From: Candidatus Sumerlaeia bacterium
GTDB taxonomy: Bacteria > Sumerlaeota > Sumerlaeia > SLMS01 > JANRJK01
Direction of reading: 5' to 3'
Assembly (NCBI GenBank): GCA_033764015.1
Contig: JANRJK010000013.1
Span: 256,001 to 320,000 of the forward strand
DNA: 64,000 nt
Made by a program: the position numbers and the translations under genes. The notes beneath the pieces were generated by a model. It was given only the letters and a program-made list of their open reading frames with translations. It was not told the origin of the DNA and did no database searches. Below are positions 61,401 to 64,000 of the stretch, piece by piece (the first letter of the stretch is position 1; each line of letters starts with the position of its first letter).

Positions 61401-64000
61401 CTGCAGGAGCTGGTGGTCCACACGACCACCGCATTCGGCGACGTGCCCCTGGAGGGCCTCCGGCTCGTCAGCTCGGGCGGAGGCGCGTACCTCTTTTTCG
61501 ACGCCGTGGCGAGCAAGGTAACCCTAGCCGGCATCCCATTCACCGTTGATGGCGCTCCGGAGTTCAACGACACAGACGGCTACTCCGCCGGCACGATCAC
61601 GCTCGTGGACCTCAACGCGATCACGTTCTCCTACGACTCGCTGGTTGTGAACACCGCGACCGTCACGCTCGGCGGCGGCGGGCTTTCGCTGCTCGGCCTC
61701 GCCTTCGAGGTGAGCGTCACCACGGCGGACACGGGGGGACTCGAAATCACCGGCGGCTTCGAACTTCCGTCGAACCTCGGGTCACTTAGCAACATCTCCC
61801 TCGCCGCCAGCTTCAGCATCGAGGAGGGGGGCGGTTTCCCCCGCATCAACCTCACCGGCGTCCAGTTCTGCACGCCCGGCTCCGATGTCATCAAGATCAA
61901 GAACTCGAACTGGAACCTGCCTCAGCTTTGCTTCGAGTACTCGCAAACGCCGCCGGAAATCTCGGCGGATGTCACCGTCGGTGTCCCCGAGGTTTTCGAC
62001 GTCGCCGCCGGAGGCAGCGTCCGCGACGGGAAGGTGGACCGGATCAGCGTAGGGCTCGACGGCCTCAACAAGCCGATCGGCGCGACCGGCGCCTTCCTCC
62101 AGTCGATCAATGCGGAGGCGCGCAACCTCTCTCGCACAGAAAACGAGTGGACGGAGACCTACTACGTCTTCAACCCGGGAATGGCCCCGACCGAGGTCAC
62201 CCGGACACTCAGCGGAATCCCCCCGGTCCGCGTGACCGGCACCGTGGGCGCCACCGCGGGGCCGGAAATCGGCCCGTTCTCGCTCATGGAGGCGGAGGTC
62301 ACGACCTTCATTGACGAGACGCAGGTCCGCATGGACGGCACGATGACCATGGTCATCGTCGACGTCGGCGGCGGCTACCTCCATGTCCGCTGGTCGGGGC
62401 CCGGTTCGGGCGTCGCGTTCGGCGGATACATGACCTACCTGCTCGTGATCCGCGGCGACATCAACGCGGCCTTGGACTTCCTCGGAAACTTCGCGGGATG
62501 CGCCGCGATCACGATCCAGATCCCCGACGGACTCCCCTTCGAGGGCGAGCAATTCGGCGGCGTCTCCGTCTGCGTCACAGCTCCGCCCTTCATCATCCGT
62601 GGATGCGTCTCGATCCTCGAGGCGCAGCTCTGCATGTCGATCTCGGAGGACGGGAACGTTTCCTTCGGCCGCGCCCGCGACCGCGGCCGGTACCTCGAGT
62701 CCTGGGACACCCCGTACTATCAGCCAACAGCGTTGACCAGGGGCGTATCGAGGAACGGACAGGAAGAGACTCTCTACTTCACGATGTTCACGAACTACCA
62801 GCTCGCGAGGAAGGCCTACGACTACGAGGTCGCCAAGGCCCCAACCGCGCAGCGCGGCGGAACGGCGGTGCAAATCCCCGTCGCCGCCGGACCCGGCCGC
62901 ATCATCCGGCTCACCTACGAGAACGACGGCGCAGACCCGTCCTTCCTCCTCATCGCTCCGGACATGACGACCTACACCCCCGCCATGACGCTGGGGACCA
63001 TCGATCCCGATACCGCGGGCGCGGTCTTCTTCCGCGGCGACTCCCGCCGCGAAGCCGGGTACATCCTCCGCGACGCGCAGGATGGCCAGTACACGCTCAA
63101 CATCCTCAACGCCGCAGCCCTCGGCGCCTACTCGGTCGAGGTCCTCGTGCCCGACTCGGAACCCTTCATCGAAATCACCGACGTCGCCGTCGCCGGCAGC
63201 ACACTCAACTTCGAGTGGGACGACCAGGACCCGGACTCCGACGCGACGATCTCGCTCGGCCTCGATTCGGACCGGGTCGCCGCGAATGGGACCCAGTTGC
63301 TGACCGGAATCAGCGAGGACGATCCCGCCAACATGGCCTCCTTCGACCTCGCGGCCCAGCCGATCCAGCCCGGATTCTACTGGCCCTACGCCATCATCCA
63401 GGATTCCGCCAGCGGTCCCGTCGTTTCCTACGCGACCAACCCGATCTTTGTTCCCGACGTGGACGCCTCGGCGCCCATCGAGGACTTCCAGGTCGGAGGC
63501 TCGGACGGCAACGCCTCGATCACTTTCACCCCGGTGGACGATCCCGAGATCGTCTCCTACAAGCTCTCCTGGACCGACGACCAGGGAGACTGGAACCTCA
63601 TCAACTCCACCGCCATTCCCGCCGGCGAGTCGGCCCTGTACCTCCCCGGTTTCGAAGTCAACCAGCCGTACAAGTTCGTCCTCGCCGCCGTAAGCCTTGT
63701 CGACTCGTCGACGATGCGCCGGGCGGAGCGCTTCCGCGCGTTTGAACTCGCCTTGGCCCAGGCCTCCAAGACCGGCGGTTTCGATGAGCAGGTCGAGTGG
63801 GCGCGCGGTGCGCTCTCCGGCTTCGAAGGGCAGCTCGAGCCGAAGGTCTCCCGGTCGATCGCCCTGCAGGCGGCCGAAACCGCCCGCGCCAACGCCAAGT
63901 GGAACCCGTCCCGCCGCAGCCCGAAGTTCCGCTCGTTCATCGAGAAGAGCGCCACCGTCGCGCGGAACACGGAACGCCGCGGCGGCACCACCCGCCGCTA
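58431..64000 (+). CDS. Giant secreted/surface protein, partial (>1850 aa): signal peptide, about 6 bacterial Ig-like repeats, long beta-rich region, further beta-sandwich/FN3-like domains
   Basis: GAGG RBS, then ATG 58431 (MPSTKRRLRPVTATLRSKLAAAALLALPLVSSAQ...). The frame stays open to the window end with typical codon usage and repeated F(S/T)EPV-type motifs. Absent from the ORF track. Confidence 0.85.
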   Translation, partial: MPSTKRRLRPVTATLRSKLAAAALLALPLVSSAQVNVTFFDVDSPDATAFGLGIIETSDDAVFRIEFSAPVAGVTPDDFAVFDSSFTQVMAGGPQVTAVSGGPSIYTLTLNRNGNSGLFRVGLPTVGDIVPTGGGTVNPPGLFPSATFTAGRPYLVDWLEINPDTGLPFVPPDFPDWGNFAYFRLVFSEPVSGFDSADIGFAQWLGPPPNPDVTVTDGPTTYDVVFDAEGKTGFAVPVITPAATITAVGSGEPLLNDPSFGIGGLQFELSGGPPTASLGLILSPRNTMPDPIFFSYDEPVVNVSPSLLTVERSDGMGGWINVPFTGTLNTITASAYSVDMTYTGGTPDGECRVTLAVGTVEDVDNNPPAAGDTEMFTLDATPPQLASATTTTPGPVSPGNFEYTFTFTEPVTDFGPFDVGKTLTGSAMATVDPGSFVPVPGQPNQARFTVALAGSGTVSLGCIPGGVFDAAGNASAAGAFSTPLTVDAAPPSLTTFTSSVPNPSPATSQVVFTLAWNEVVTGFAGGDIQVVASDLTYTSAVLTDTAGGVLGRDYTFTVSGISAGNAGQLTLTIPADAVTDAAAQGNAQRVQVQRVDGTPPTGTITSSEPSPTFDNLIEWNIAFSEPVELEIFAGGGASLEVTLDLTGTATNSLVSQVHQNPATPDFRNYRFTAIGVAGDGTLRPRVAAGAIEDAVGNVSTVAILGTEIQHLSNLVVGNVAVGTAGTTVTIVGPGDYDISAGANVGGLICGSPIQIRGTTITGNGALTLPIDFQPDVTIYSGAFTVNGTTETVTFPAPQASAFTWNTVPIGVCSISLDGGVSLDGWFDVADFAGNSFRGMRMTDFPGLFRPQLDTFHLGNASCSPSQSGMYFATIVPVVGSPSYLQITPEFLPASRNPVLELTATELNAEGYFQQGAGGHAFYYNDVTTTAAGFEFASFYEPEPGVYVALDELNYNNTGGFEIGSSGTITNAAGNLDATFLFNPPYVTDQPLQELVVHTTTAFGDVPLEGLRLVSSGGGAYLFFDAVASKVTLAGIPFTVDGAPEFNDTDGYSAGTITLVDLNAITFSYDSLVVNTATVTLGGGGLSLLGLAFEVSVTTADTGGLEITGGFELPSNLGSLSNISLAASFSIEEGGGFPRINLTGVQFCTPGSDVIKIKNSNWNLPQLCFEYSQTPPEISADVTVGVPEVFDVAAGGSVRDGKVDRISVGLDGLNKPIGATGAFLQSINAEARNLSRTENEWTETYYVFNPGMAPTEVTRTLSGIPPVRVTGTVGATAGPEIGPFSLMEAEVTTFIDETQVRMDGTMTMVIVDVGGGYLHVRWSGPGSGVAFGGYMTYLLVIRGDINAALDFLGNFAGCAAITIQIPDGLPFEGEQFGGVSVCVTAPPFIIRGCVSILEAQLCMSISEDGNVSFGRARDRGRYLESWDTPYYQPTALTRGVSRNGQEETLYFTMFTNYQLARKAYDYEVAKAPTAQRGGTAVQIPVAAGPGRIIRLTYENDGADPSFLLIAPDMTTYTPAMTLGTIDPDTAGAVFFRGDSRREAGYILRDAQDGQYTLNILNAAALGAYSVEVLVPDSEPFIEITDVAVAGSTLNFEWDDQDPDSDATISLGLDSDRVAANGTQLLTGISEDDPANMASFDLAAQPIQPGFYWPYAIIQDSASGPVVSYATNPIFVPDVDASAPIEDFQVGGSDGNASITFTPVDDPEIVSYKLSWTDDQGDWNLINSTAIPAGESALYLPGFEVNQPYKFVLAAVSLVDSSTMRRAERFRAFELALAQASKTGGFDEQVEWARGALSGFEGQLEPKVSRSIALQAAETARANAKWNPSRRSPKFRSFIEKSATVARNTERRGGTTRR

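Noticed and set aside
58745..63991. The many short ORFs listed in the last 5.5 kb
   Set aside because: All are off-frame or antisense shadows of the single long plus-strand ORF starting at 58431.

Overview
A high-GC (about 70-75% by spot counts) diderm bacterial chromosome segment of about 45 genes. It is most likely from Candidatus Sumerlaeota (BRC1); this is an inference from a YDPTNG-type pseudopilin and dockerin-like secreted proteins. Most of the window is housekeeping: trxA, nrdR, rex, pyrG, thrS, pyk, a skp-lpxC-fabZ-lpxI-glnD-gmhB/hldC operon, rnd-purE-purK, an RsmB-family methyltransferase, kynB-kynU, tRNA-Ser(GCT) and gap. Standout features: (1) a ~4.5 kb low-GC (about 50%) two-gene cassette next to tRNA-Ser, encoding a SNF2/RapA-type helicase plus a stand-alone Hsp70/actin-fold ATPase domain. 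This is the best candidate for an uncharacterised anti-phage or stress system. (2) A head-to-head pair of TPR-rich Ser/Thr kinases of opposite topology, one receptor-like with a C-terminal kinase, flanking a zinc-ribbon/disordered Thr-motif protein. (3) A giant (>1850 aa) secreted Ig-repeat/beta-rich protein that runs off the window end and is absent from the ORF track. (4) A GmhB-HldC fusion. (5) An RsmB with 3x46-aa RG/F repeats. (6) A recurring TTGAC-N17-[ACG]AnnnT promoter pattern. No CRISPR array, rRNA, transposase or integrase was seen. All family calls rest on motifs recognised by eye, not on database searches.
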